A stretch of DNA of 64,000 nt from assembly GCF_006345805.1 (NCBI RefSeq), contig NC_043002.1, forward strand, positions 77,066,001-77,130,000, given 5' to 3'. This DNA is from Octopus sinensis. Lineage: Eukaryota. Within the stretch, counting starts at the first letter, position 1. Every line of letters begins with the position of its first letter. Positions 37,965-49,785 of the stretch are shown here, piece after piece. The notes below the pieces were generated by a model. The model saw nothing but the letters and a program-made list of their open reading frames with translations. It was not told where the DNA came from and did not search any database. The position numbers and the translations under genes are program-made.

Positions 37965-38552
37965 CCTTCGAAACGTAGAGTAGATGAAACCTTAGCGACT
38001 GAAGAAGGGGTATTTTTGTTGTGTTAACTGTCCTGTACTCCATTTTTTGTTGTTTTTAAAAAAATGTCCTGTTCCTTTGGTTTGTGTCTATGTTTTCGTT
38101 TCTCTATGTGTTCGACGTTCCTTTTGGTGTCCTGTACTCATATATGCGTGTATATGTACATGTAGAGGTAGGTACGTACACATATGTTTATATATATGCA
38201 TATGTTTTATTTCTTTTATTAATATATATATATATATAGGGGTAAAAATTAAATTTTATTTTTTACTAGTGGCCAGCATGAGTAAAAGTGTCCATAGACT
38301 GCAAATATTCAATGTGCAAGAATAAGAATAGTTTTATCGTGGTTTGGGATTTAACTCCTATTTCTAACATGTTGGAAAACCACTTAGTGGCTTTTCCCTT
38401 CGTGTATGATTTTTATACACACATTTTTATACACACATAATATATATATATATGATTTTATTCACCTTACTTGGAGGTGTATGGATAATACCGGACTGAT
38501 TTGGTGCTTCAACTTAAGTACCTAATTCAACTGAATCTCAATTATATATACA

Positions 38553-38857
38553 CTAGCAGTATCGCCTGGCGTTGCTCAGGTTTGTAAGGGAAATAACTAT
38601 AAAGCACTTTTAGAGAGTTATAGCCAAAAAATGGAAATTTTTTTTAGAGTAAAAAAAGGTGGAGTTGCGTCCCCTAGACGGTTTGTGTTTCTGATTCTCG
38701 ACCCCATGTCGAATTTATCGATTTTTTTCAGAACTGGGGGAACTTTTCAAAATTTTCGCTGCGTTAGTTTTGAATTATGACATTGGGCTATGTGTGTGTC
38801 AAGCAAACAGACACACAGAAACACGCACAGACAAACTGCCGTTTATATATAGAGAGA
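38553..38857 (-). mobile_element. Non-autonomous Helitron
   Basis: On the minus strand it begins TC(TCTCTATATATAAAC) after A, carries (CTGT)-like repeats, and ends with a GC-rich hairpin (CCTGAGCAACGCCAGG) followed by CTAG then T. No TSD. Confidence 0.8.
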
Positions 38858-40951
38858 TACATGTATGTATGCATGTATGTATGTATGTATGTATGTATGT
38901 ATGTATGTATGTATGTATTTATGTATGTATGTACATACGTACATACATTTGTATGTATATATGTATGTATGTATGTATATATGTATGTGTAAGTATATAT
39001 TTGTAATGATTTTGTCTTTGAGAGAATGTTTTTTAGTAGGTTAGAGCTTTGTTCTAGGAAGCAATGCAAGTCTGATGTGAAGTGCCTAGATTAAATGAGG
39101 CTGATGGCATTGTGTATAAGGTTAACGTTATACATTAAGAAGTAATACCATGTATGTTATTAATGTACAGAAGGTAAAACTCAAACAGTGCAGGAAACAT
39201 AATGAATCCCTGAGGTACACCAGAATTGATCAGATGAGGATCAAAGAGAGCTCTAACAGCACATGGTAAAGTGATGATAATGACATTTGATGACTCAAAT
39301 GTTACCTTCTAGTTGTCTAATCAGACTTCCATTTTGGCAAAGTCTCTGGTTTAACTTATCCCATAAGCCACAAATGATGTCTTACTCTAGTGACAATCCA
39401 TCACATAGCCTTCTCCATATGTGTGTGTGCACGTGCATGTGTGTATGTGTGTGTGTGAGTGTGTGTGTGTGTGAGTGTGTGTGTGTGTGTGTGTGTGAGT
39501 GTGTGTGTGAGTAAATGTACAGTCAAAAGGTGAAAGCTAGAAATGCCCAGTATAGAAAACACATAGTTGTGCTCAAGTATATGTGTGTACATATTTGTGT
39601 GTGTGTGTGGTGTGTGTGTGTGTGTTCTCACTCAGAGCTAGCTTTTCTGCTTCTCAGTTTCATTTCAAAGACAATTGTTCACTCATAAAAAATATGTTTC
39701 TGACAGAACCTAACGAAATAAAAATAACGATAATAGCAATTGTTTGATGTTATTCTCACCAAAGATAATTAGTCATGTTATCGAATATGTTGTCTGTAGA
39801 AAATCTGTATTTACTGTCAGCACAGGAAAGCAATCTAGCCAAAAGCAAACGAAATGACTAAAATATAAACTGGGCCTCCATTCTATTGAACTAGTCATGT
39901 TTTCTTTCGGCTTCAGAACTATGAAAACAAGACAGGTGGGAAGGGTTTGATCATTTCATTACTTATAAATAGTATTTGACTTGGTGACACACACATACAC
40001 GCACACATGCAACATGATACTGACATAAATACAAATATCTATACAAAGTATACAAAGTAATATTTAAACAGGACTGTTTCTCAAATACCAGCTATGCACC
40101 AGTAATATGCAGTTCATTGAATATTTCTAATTATTTACTAACTCATTTATTTTTATTAGTTACTATATTCATTCATTCATTTTTTTTCTATCTATTTCTG
40201 TTCTAGAATTTGTTTTATTAACTTTGTTAGCAACATCATGAAATAATGAGCAGGCTTCAAACTGTTCTGTCTACTCATGGTGAAAAGGAAGATAAGGGAG
40301 TTCAATTACCTTTGGTGTTATAGTTTCTAAAATTTTAGTTATATTGAGATTAGGATTCACTCAGTTTCCCTATGAGACATGGTTAGGTAAGCCACACCTT
40401 TATTGTTTGATTTTTTTTTGTTGTCAAACTACTACATTGATCAGTTTAAAGTAGTTTAATTTGAGGTTATTGTATTTGCTTAAGAAAACAGCCTAAACAA
40501 AACCTGTAATATAAACCATTGCAATCAATTTATTCAAGGTATACTAATTCTTTTCCATTACTGTATCATTTTATGCTTTAATATATTATTTTCCTTCATC
40601 TATATAAAGCATTGGTTTTTCATCCATCAGTTAATATTCAATGGGTAGGTATTCTAAACTTCGTTTCATAAATAACATAAATGTTTAAATGTTAGATTTT
40701 AAAAGCATGGGTGTTAATGTTTCTTGGTACTTTCGTCCCTGAAGATGAGACTTATTTTTAAAATCACCAGAATAGTGGTGCAGCAGAAGCTATAAAATGT
40801 TACTCAGGCACTCAATTATGAGTCCAATGCATCTTATTGTAGAAACAGCTGTAAGCTAATGAAGTTGAAGTTACCAAGTTTATTCCTTTGTCATTTCATT
40901 TTATAAATATATATATACACTTTATTAATAAAGCATATTACACTACCTCTG

Positions 40952-41054
40952 GTATTTGAGTATTATTTTTTCCACCTCTGGTATATATATATATATATAT
41001 GCCAGAGTAAGCACATAAATGCAAAACGAGGTGGAAAAAATAGTACTCAAATAC
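40952..41054. repeat. 27-bp inverted repeat around a (TA)n spacer
   Basis: GTATTTGAGTATTATTTTTTCCACCTC (40952-40978) versus GAGGTGGAAAAAATAGTACTCAAATAC (41028-41054), one mismatch. Confidence 0.9.
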
Positions 41055-42008
41055 ATGTATATAAATATATGTATACATGTATATATGTATATAGACATAT
41101 ATATATGTATATATAAATACATTTATGTATATGTATATATTTATATAGATTCGTATCATATGCATATATATGCATACGTACATACATATATATGTATATA
41201 TATATATATTTATTTATATATACATACACATACATCCATACAAACATACATAAATATATATCTTATATACATGCATACATACATATATACATATTGTTAT
41301 AAATGAATATAAGTCGTACTATCATAATAAACCTGAAAAAATTTTGGATTTTCATATTTTCATGATGCTATGACATGGAAAATAGAGTGAGAAGATAAAC
41401 GTAGTAGTAATTTGAACAAGAAGCCTATAATATTGTGAGTTCCCTTGAGATTTTAGCAATATGAATATTTGATTTTTCACTGCATTCATATTCTTACTCA
41501 TTTAGTTTGCCTGCATCATTTACACTCAAAATACCAGCTGCTGTTAAGTATTATTTGTACAATAGGTCCGTTGGCAGAGCGGACAGGTAAAGCAGACATA
41601 CAATATTGATCGTTTTGATAAATTGACATAATTATGCTTCCAATCAGTGGCCATTCTCACCGTGAGAAAATAACAATTGATCTTTGATCTCTGTTGAAAT
41701 AGGATTGGCAAAACTGAAAATAGTTATCCCCTTACAATAGGGAAAATTAATTATTTACTCTGAATAGAATGAGGGAGGAAAAATAATTTAGTAGAGGAAA
41801 ACCAGATTTGTTTATCTTTGTACATGTGTGTGTATGGTGTGTGTGTGTGTGGTGTGTGTGTGTGTGTGTGTGTAAAGTAATCTCTTGTTGTAATTGGGCT
41901 TTGAAATTAATCATTTGTGAAGATCCATGATTTACATTCTTGAACATGCATAGAATATTATCAATAGAAACCGGTTATATTTCATTCATTTAAAAATTGC
42001 TATTCTTC

Positions 42009-42047
<39 letters not shown>

Positions 42048-42552
42048 ACACACACATACTTCAGTTTATTTATAGGCAAACAATTGATGTGGTGGTGGTT
42101 TGTTTTATTTGGGCCTAATCTGAAGAACTGAAAATATCTCGATTCATACCCAGCTCAAAGTCTTAACGATATGGTTTATTCTATCAACAAAAGGTATGTG
42201 TGTGTGCGCATGCGTGTGTGTGTGTGCATGCGTGTGTGTGTGCATGCGTGTGTGTGTCCATGCGTGTGTGTGTGTGAAACAATACACTATGCTGTTCTAT
42301 CCAGCATATGTATAATGTCATTTCATAGTGTATATGTGTGTAACATAGAATATTGATCATTATCATCACCAGATTCCTCCTCCTCCTTCTTCTCCTCTTC
42401 CATTCATTTTCCACCCTGGCATGAGTTGGATAGGTCTTGTCATTCACAGAGGTCTACGTCATCCAGCACATACAACAGTAGAGTAAATTGACCAGCTCTG
42501 TTATGTATATACTACAGTGTGAACTGAGTGCAATTTATATCACAGACTTTAA

Positions 42553-42773
42553 CCCTTTCGTTACTGTATTTATTTTGAGATGCTCTGTATTTCTTTCAAT
42601 TAATTTTAAATATAACAAAGAATTTAGTAAAATAACTTAGTTATCATTAAGCTAGTGTTAGGAACATAAATTGTGACTATGGTTTGGTGGAAGATTTTAA
42701 TTCAAAACTTATGTAAACAAGACATTTGTACTCAGAGCCAGAGGCGGTTTCAGTCGAGTTGGTAACAAAAGGG
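42553..42773. mobile_element. piggyBac-type MITE
   Basis: TTAA-CCCTTTCGTTAC...GTAACAAAAGGG-TTAA. Confidence 0.9.
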
Positions 42774-44061
42774 TTAAAAGAGACTGTCCTATGTGGGAAG
42801 ATTAAAGAGACCTCTTTTCCCTGAATTCAGAGTTACAGTCGGTCTTGATAGGTAAACTGTAGTGCGACATGCAGAGTACATATCTCCCCTATACATTCCA
42901 TAAATATTAAATAAATGCATATATCAACAAACATATATTGAGAGAAAGCAAATAGTAAGAGTCATTTGGGAATTGAATCTACATACCCTAGTTTAATATG
43001 CAAGTACATTACAACTATGTTACCAGCCATTCACTTATTTCATGCAAACATAATCAGAACTTATCATTTTACCAAACACTTCATTCTGTTATGTTGAATA
43101 TATGCTACAGATATCAGATATATATAATTTGACTCTTGTGTTTATGTGTGTAAATACTATCGACTCAAAAACAACTTGATCTTATACTTGAAGTATTCAG
43201 AAGATTATCTGTGAAAAGATACACTGGAATAGTTTTGTACTGCCTTCTGAAAGGAGACAGGAGGCCTAAGAATGTCTTTAGCTTGTTTGATGCTAAACTT
43301 AATAAGGAAGAGACTTAAAGTGAAAAGCTATTTGCCCTTATGAGAAACTAGACAAGTAATTTGAGTTTCTCAGGCAGACATAGGTTCAAAATATTATTTA
43401 TTTCAAATGTGAAATCATGACACAAGAGCTAGGTAGTTCAATATTTTAGCCACTGTTCAATATTTTATCCCCTATATAAAATTTTCTCTTAGAACATTGG
43501 TTTAACAGATTGTAACTTTCCCAATTTCTCTTTTATGATTTGAGATTAGTAGTTCTAGCATTATAATTAGTATCATGTATTGAGTGCAATATCAATACTT
43601 CTAATGTTTTTACTCACTGGCAAGCTTAGTACTAAGCCAACTCTAGTCATAATCCTCACTGTTAGCTTCCATTTAAAGCCCCAAGATTTATTTCACACTT
43701 TTAGTTATTCATGACTTATCAAACTTGGCAAGCAAGAATATATCATCTTAAATGTTAAAGCAATATCTTAAATTTGAATTTCATGCAAAGAATAAGATTC
43801 CACTTTCATCACAGCACTTTGATGCACTTTTAGAAACTAAGATGAAAGCTACAAATGTTACAAATGAAATGATATTTTTAACCCCTTTAGATACATAGTA
43901 TTAAACAGCATTTGAAACTTTCCAAATGGTGACTCTCTGTAGCACACACAACACACATGCATATACATACACACATGCACATACATACACACATGCACAT
44001 ACATACACACATGTGTAAACTGATTCAATCTATGAATTACATTCAGGGTTCATATGCTTGT

Positions 44062-44367
44062 TGTTTGATCCTTCTCAAGCTATGCCTGGCTCATAAGGGC
44101 TGGTTTCCCAGTTTCCTTGGCGTATAGGTTCCCCACCTGGACGGGACACCGGTCTGTTACAGGTGAGCTGCAAGATGCAGGAGGAAAGAGTGAGAGAAAG
44201 TTGTGGCAAAAGAGTCAGCAGAAGTTCGCCACTACCTTCTGCCGGAGCCGCGTGGAGCTTAGGTGTTTCGCTCATAAACACATACATCGCCCGGTCTGAG
44301 ATTCGAGCCCCCTGATCCCTCGATCGTGAGTCCGCTGCTCTAACCACTAGGCCATGTGCTTCCACAC
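44062..44367 (-). mobile_element. tRNA-derived SINE family D (V-SINE-like 3' part), 12-bp TSD
   Basis: Head GCACATGGCCTAGTGGTTAGAGCAGCGG..GCTCGAATCTC; 3' part CCGGTGTCCCGTCCAGGTGGGG..GAAAC..TGAGCC. TSD TCATATGCTTGT (44050-44061) / TCATGTGCTTGT (44368-44379). Confidence 0.85.
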
Positions 44368-45372
44368 TCATGTGCTTGTGGAATATCCAATCTCTTATAG
44401 GGTGATTCAATAATATATATATAATATTTAAAATCACTGATCCTCCGTTACACTTCGCTTACAGACTTACAGACACATATCTTTATATATATATCGCAGG
44501 TTTTTGTTCATTTCTTTAAGTTAGATCTAGTCATATTCAAATGGTGGGTGGCTTCTTCTTTGCCTTGCACTGTTGTTTAATTTGAAACAAAACAAGTTTA
44601 ATTAACAATGTCTGCTTTTACTGCACATGTTTTCAGTTAAGTTAACTTCCCACTTAGGTAAATTTTTGTTGAAAAATATTAAAAAACGGTAAGAAAGCAG
44701 TGTCTGTGGAATCTTACAGAAACAGAAGTTGTCAGAGTAGAGAGAGAGACACAGAGAGAGAGAGACAGACAGACAGACAGAGACACACAGACAGAGTGTA
44801 ATGAAGTGACATAACAGCAATCCATGATTTTAATATTGCATAACATCTTTATTTCCTTTGCTTAAAAAGGAAAGCCACCAGACTGCATAGGAAAAATGTG
44901 GTTATGTATTTTAGACAGAATTGGTAAAATTGTAAAATTGGTCTGGTAAATCAGAATGTAAGACAGGAAAATCTAGAGATACTAATTTTCTTGAAGAGAT
45001 ATTTTTAGAGTATTTTAAACTTTGTTGCTTCTGTGTATCTGTTTTGACTGTTTCCAGATCTGAAATATCATTTACATATTCCAGGAGATTTACTTTTGGT
45101 AAAGCAAACTTTTAAAAGTTATTTTCCTGTATGTTTTTAATTTTGTTTGCTGTATTATCTGATTTACTGCCAAAGAAAAGTAAAACAAATTAGTTGTTAT
45201 TAGTAGTTTTTTTTTTTCCGAGTGATATTACTCATGTTTATGGATTACTGTAAAGTATTACTTCCATTTTATGCAGGTGGTGTTGTTTACGAAGTTTGTG
45301 AGGAAAAAAAATTTGGTATTTCTTTCTGGAATATCTCCATGAGCTCCAAAAGTAATTTGTCATAGTCTAAGA

Positions 45373-45520
45373 CAGTCATAGGCAAACTGTGGCCCATGGG
45401 ACTTTCCAAATAGCACACCTAATGAAAAATTACCTTGAAATTTTTTTAGTTGTGCAACCTTCCTGATGATAAGCTATGTCTTATGTGATCTGCTTCTTGA
45501 AAACAGATTGCTCATGCCAG
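45373..45520. mobile_element. hAT (Charlie-like) MITE, degenerate
   Basis: 8-bp TSD GTCTAAGA/GTCTAAGT. Termini CAGTCATAGGCAAAC / GATTGCTCATGCCAG (10/15 inverted match). Confidence 0.65.
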
Positions 45521-45563
45521 GTCTAAGTTATATTACTTTTTGGTTGATATATGTGGTTTAACT

Positions 45564-46019
45564 CAGGGTCCATAAGATTTTGTGCTTAAAATTTATCTGC
45601 AATAAATTTGTTATACTTCTACAATTCATGAAATATCTTAACCCTTTCATTACTGTATTTATTTTGTGATGCTCTGTGTTTCTTTCAATTAATTTTAAAT
45701 ATAAAAAAGACTTTAGTGAAATAACTTAGTTATCATTCAGCTAGTGTTAGGAACATAAATTGTGACTAAGGTTTGGTGGAAGATTTTAATTCAAAACTCA
45801 TGAAAACAAGACATTTGTACAAGAGAGCCAGAGCTGGTTTCAGCCAGGTTAGTAATGAAAGGGTTAAGAATGTTTTTATACAATTCCTCATGATAGTTAA
45901 TTATAAAAATATAATAATATATTTTAAACATCGAATGGCAAGGGGAGTTCACCTGAGCAAAATCCGAGTAAAATCGGAATAAAAGGGGTCCATAAGTAAA
46001 AAATGGTTGAAAAACTCTG
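45564..46019. mobile_element. hAT-type MITE containing a nested piggyBac MITE
   Basis: Perfect 8-bp TSD GTTTAACT (45556-45563 and 46020-46027). Termini CAGGG.. and ..GGTTGAAAACTCTG. Confidence 0.75.
45642..45863. mobile_element. piggyBac-type MITE (same family as 42553)
   Basis: TTAA-CCCTTTCATTACT...AGTAATGAAAGGG-TTAA, a perfect 13-bp TIR. Confidence 0.92.
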
Positions 46020-47597
46020 GTTTAACTAATATATGTTTAGCGAGCAAATATTGCATCTTATTTTCAATTAGATCTTGAAGAAATCAACTTCATCTAGGTC
46101 AGTGTAATTTCTTTAAATGTATTTTGATTCTTAGCAGTCAAAAGTATAACTGATCCTTACCTAACATACTAAAAATGATTCTATGAAAAAATATTTGAAA
46201 ACTTATCTGTCTGAATGGTAAATCAAAATGTAAGACAGAAGAAGAAAGTCTAAAGATGCTAATTTCGTTTTAAGAGATATTTTTTAGAGAATTTTAAACT
46301 TTGTTGTTTTGATGTTGACACTTAGAACATTCCAGAACCATAATATCATTTACATATTGCATGGGATAAACCAACTCTAGAGCTATGCTATGATTACAGT
46401 ATAGTTTTTGTTTTTTTGTTGTAAGCTTTCATATGATTAAGATTTTGCTAAAGGTTAAAAGAACCCAGCTAACAGAACATATATTATTTTCTAACTAGTA
46501 ATTTTCAACAGTTTTTCTTGGATATTATATACTTTCTGTTTTCTTTAGAGTTGAAAAATATTATCATTTAGATAGTGAAGCATGAATATCTTTGTTTTAT
46601 ATAAGATACAAATTTACCTCTACTATAAAAGAATTGTTTCCTCATGCAAGAATTACACAATTCAGTTAAATGGAGTTTTTGACTAAATTCAGGATTAATG
46701 AATACTTATTTGATTTGGCTATTATTTCTAGCAAGTCATGCCCTATGTAGAGTCTCCATTGGTAGTTGTTGTTTAGCATTGATTGAACCACCTTGTGATC
46801 AAAACCATTCCAGCCATGACAATTTTATCTTTATATAAGTATTTTAGGACTGCATTATCCAATGTGTCTTTTACCTCCCTTAGGATGGTAATAGGATTTG
46901 AAGGAAATTTAGCTACAATTTCTTGCAGGTCGAGTAATCGTGTATACTCACTCAGTATATTAAATTAGCTACAAACCAAAGTTGATAGTTATTACTGAGA
47001 TGTTACTAGTAATTGTATAGTTTTATTTTGATGTTAAGCTTTAAAGCTAGTTTCAGGATGTTACTGGCATAATCTGCATTGATTGCTTTTATGTTTACTG
47101 AGGCCAGCTAGAATGCTTTTAGGGAAACATAGTAAGCCAATAACTTAGTACATTAGGAATAACTTGTAAGAAACTTGTCAATTGTCAAATTTGTAGGCCA
47201 TTCAAGACACTATTCGAGACTGATTGTATATAAATTACTTTGAGAAGGAAAGAGTAAAGAAAGGACATTATCAATTGTTAAGTTTACTCAACAACAATTA
47301 ACAGCATTCCTTTCCATTCATATACCATTTCTTTCTGTTCTGTAATAAAACTAAATATAATCCACTGTGTTCTGTGTTCATATTAACACAAAACATATTT
47401 ACAATTCATAATGTATTCTTTTATTCATTTACTGGCTTCAATCATTGGACTACAGCCATGCAGAGGCACAGATGTCAAAGGAATTAGTTAATTATATTGA
47501 CCTCTGTTTGTGAAACTTATGTTGTAGATATCTACAATCAAATAGATAAAATTCCTTTTTTGATGTAAAGGGATGCAATTTGACACACCAGATTAGG

Positions 47598-47637
<40 letters not shown>

Positions 47638-47667
47638 GTAGTCTTTGTGAAACATTGTATGGTAAAA

Positions 47668-47942
47668 TTTAAAGAATGTAGTTGTATAAAGCTGGAACAA
47701 GGTACAAAGTAAACAACAAGGGGAAAAGAAAACGGAGTTTTACTGTGTATTTCTAAATTTTGAGATAAAGACCTCTTCTTCAGGACATTCGGAAAAAGTT
47801 TGTTGCTCAGAAGAAGAGGTCGACAGCTCGAAATTTAGAAATACAAGGTAAAACTGAAATTTTCTTCTGTTTTCTTTCCAATTTGTAGTTTATTTTGTAC
47901 CTTCTCACGTTGTTCTGGCTTTGTACAACTACATTCTTTAAA
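47668..47942. mobile_element. Inverted pair of hammerhead-bearing short elements (Penelope pseudo-LTR-like)
   Basis: Arms 47668-47783 (-) and 47808-47942 (+) align colinearly. Each starts C(T/A)GAAGA-A-GAG..CTC-(G/A)AAA-TTTA-GAAATAC and ends GTTC..GCTTT.TACAACTACATTCTTTAAA. Confidence 0.75.
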
Positions 47943-48625
47943 CACACACACAAACCCATAGTTTAATGTATTGAATTTTTGTGTTTGTATTACTGTCTTT
48001 CTTTTTGAAGAAAGTTTATACATGAAGTAAGGTGGAAGACATAAATAAAAAGGTGTGATGTAGAACATTGTCTTAAGAAAATTTACACAGGACAATATTT
48101 GCATAAAATGTAGAAAGAACTAATATATAAAGAAAATTTACACAAGTCATAAAACCAAGATTGATTGGTTGGGATAGTCAACACACCTCTCCCTCACAAT
48201 ATCTCCTCCATATTCCAACTGAAAAATACTATATTTTCCATACAACACCTTGGTATAGCTAAAACCCTAAAGGGAATTGCCGGATGTAATTAATTATCAG
48301 AAATGTGTCAGAAATGAAATGAAGACCCCATTCTTTGGTGATACAAAACTGTTACTAATGAAAAGGAAACTAAGATACCATGAAGAACTTCATCATTAAT
48401 GCATTTCCTAAAAGCATTAGTGAAGTAACTGGCTATGAAATTAATAATCCAGGCATACTTCATCATATAAATATAGAACTGTTGTTAAATAATTCTTCTA
48501 GTCCAGTATTTAACAAAGTTGTAGTCTGATACTATAGTCTTTGCATCAACTCCTATGTCCCCAGCAATCTCTGTCTGTTATTGTATGATATAGTTTGGTA
48601 ATATTATAAGTATGAAACACATTAA

Positions 48626-48846
48626 CCCTTTCGGTACCAACCTGCCTGAAACTGCCTTTGGCTCTATAGTACAAATGTTTGTTTTCAAAAGTTATGAATT
48701 AAAATCTTCTACCAAACCTTCATCACAATTTATGTTCCTAACAGTAGCTTAATGATAACTAAGTTATTTTACTAAATTCTTTGTTATATTTAAAATTAAT
48801 TGACAGAAACACAGAGCATCTCAACAGAAATATGGTAACAAAAGGG
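48626..48846. mobile_element. piggyBac-type MITE, opposite orientation to 42553
   Basis: TTAA-CCCTTTCGGTAC...GGTAACAAAAGGG-TTAA. The interior is the reverse complement of the 42553 copy. Confidence 0.9.
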
Positions 48847-49097
48847 TTAAACTTCAAATTTCATTCAAGTTATAACTGTGTTATTCATGGTAAAATATTT
48901 GATATTTTACAATATCAAATATAGATTTAATATAAACATCAGCAGGATTTTGCTAAAACTTCAAAAATACCATATTTATTTAATAAAAAATTTAGTCATA
49001 CGAGTATATTGTCCCTCTGAGTTGGGGAACTACAACACATTATCAACTGGAATTGGTTTGAAAACATCGTGATAATTACTAGTTTCTAGATATTAAT

Positions 49098-49311
49098 CCT
49101 TTTTACTGCAGGCACAAGGCCTTCAATTCATGAATGAGCGGGTTAATCAATTACATAGACCCCAGTGTTCAGTTGGTACTTATTTCATCAACCCTAACAG
49201 AATGAGAAGCAAAGCTGAACTTAGTGGAATTTGAATTCAGAATAAAAAGACAAACGGAATGCCACAAAGCATTTTGTCCAGTATGCTAACCAGTCTGCAA
49301 GCTCACTACCT
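49098..49311 (-). mobile_element. SINE family A with perfect 18-bp TSD
   Basis: TAGTTTCTAGATATTAAT at 49080-49097 and 49312-49329. Confidence 0.9.
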
Positions 49312-49589
49312 TAGTTTCTAGATATTAATACAAAGGCATTGAATTGACAGAATTGTTAGACAGAATTCTCTTGTTTTATTTAATAACAGACCTTCACATT
49401 TTGTGTATATGTATCTTGTCTTTCATCTTTCGATAGTTGATAAATTAAAATACCAGCCAAATACTGGAGTTTATATCATCAATCATATCTCCCCTTCATT
49501 CAAATGTGTGACCTTGTAATAATGTCTGAAATCTATATAACTTATAAGCTTAATAATAGGAACATGATATAGCTGTTACTATGCAGAAT

Positions 49590-49785
49590 ATACAATTTCA
49601 ATTCTTCATTTTAATACTGAAACTGCCTAAAACTCTTCTTATTTTAAAATGATCATCAGAATTTCAAGTTAATTTATATCCCAAACATCAATTTAATAAT
49701 GACAAAGTTATTTTAATGAATTTTTTTATCATTTTCAAAATTAATTGAAACAATAACTGTGTTTTAACAGAAATATACCAACAAA
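49590..49785. mobile_element. Degenerate relative of the piggyBac MITE
   Basis: TAATGACAAAGTTATTTT..AAAATTAATTGAAAC..AACAGAAATAT matches the interior of the 48626 copy. The ends are eroded. Confidence 0.55.

Noticed and set aside
44300-44367. tRNA genes at SINE heads (also 4560-4608, 25143, 33203, 35851)
   Set aside because: A- and B-box-like motifs run straight into SINE bodies, with no complete cloverleaf or acceptor stem.
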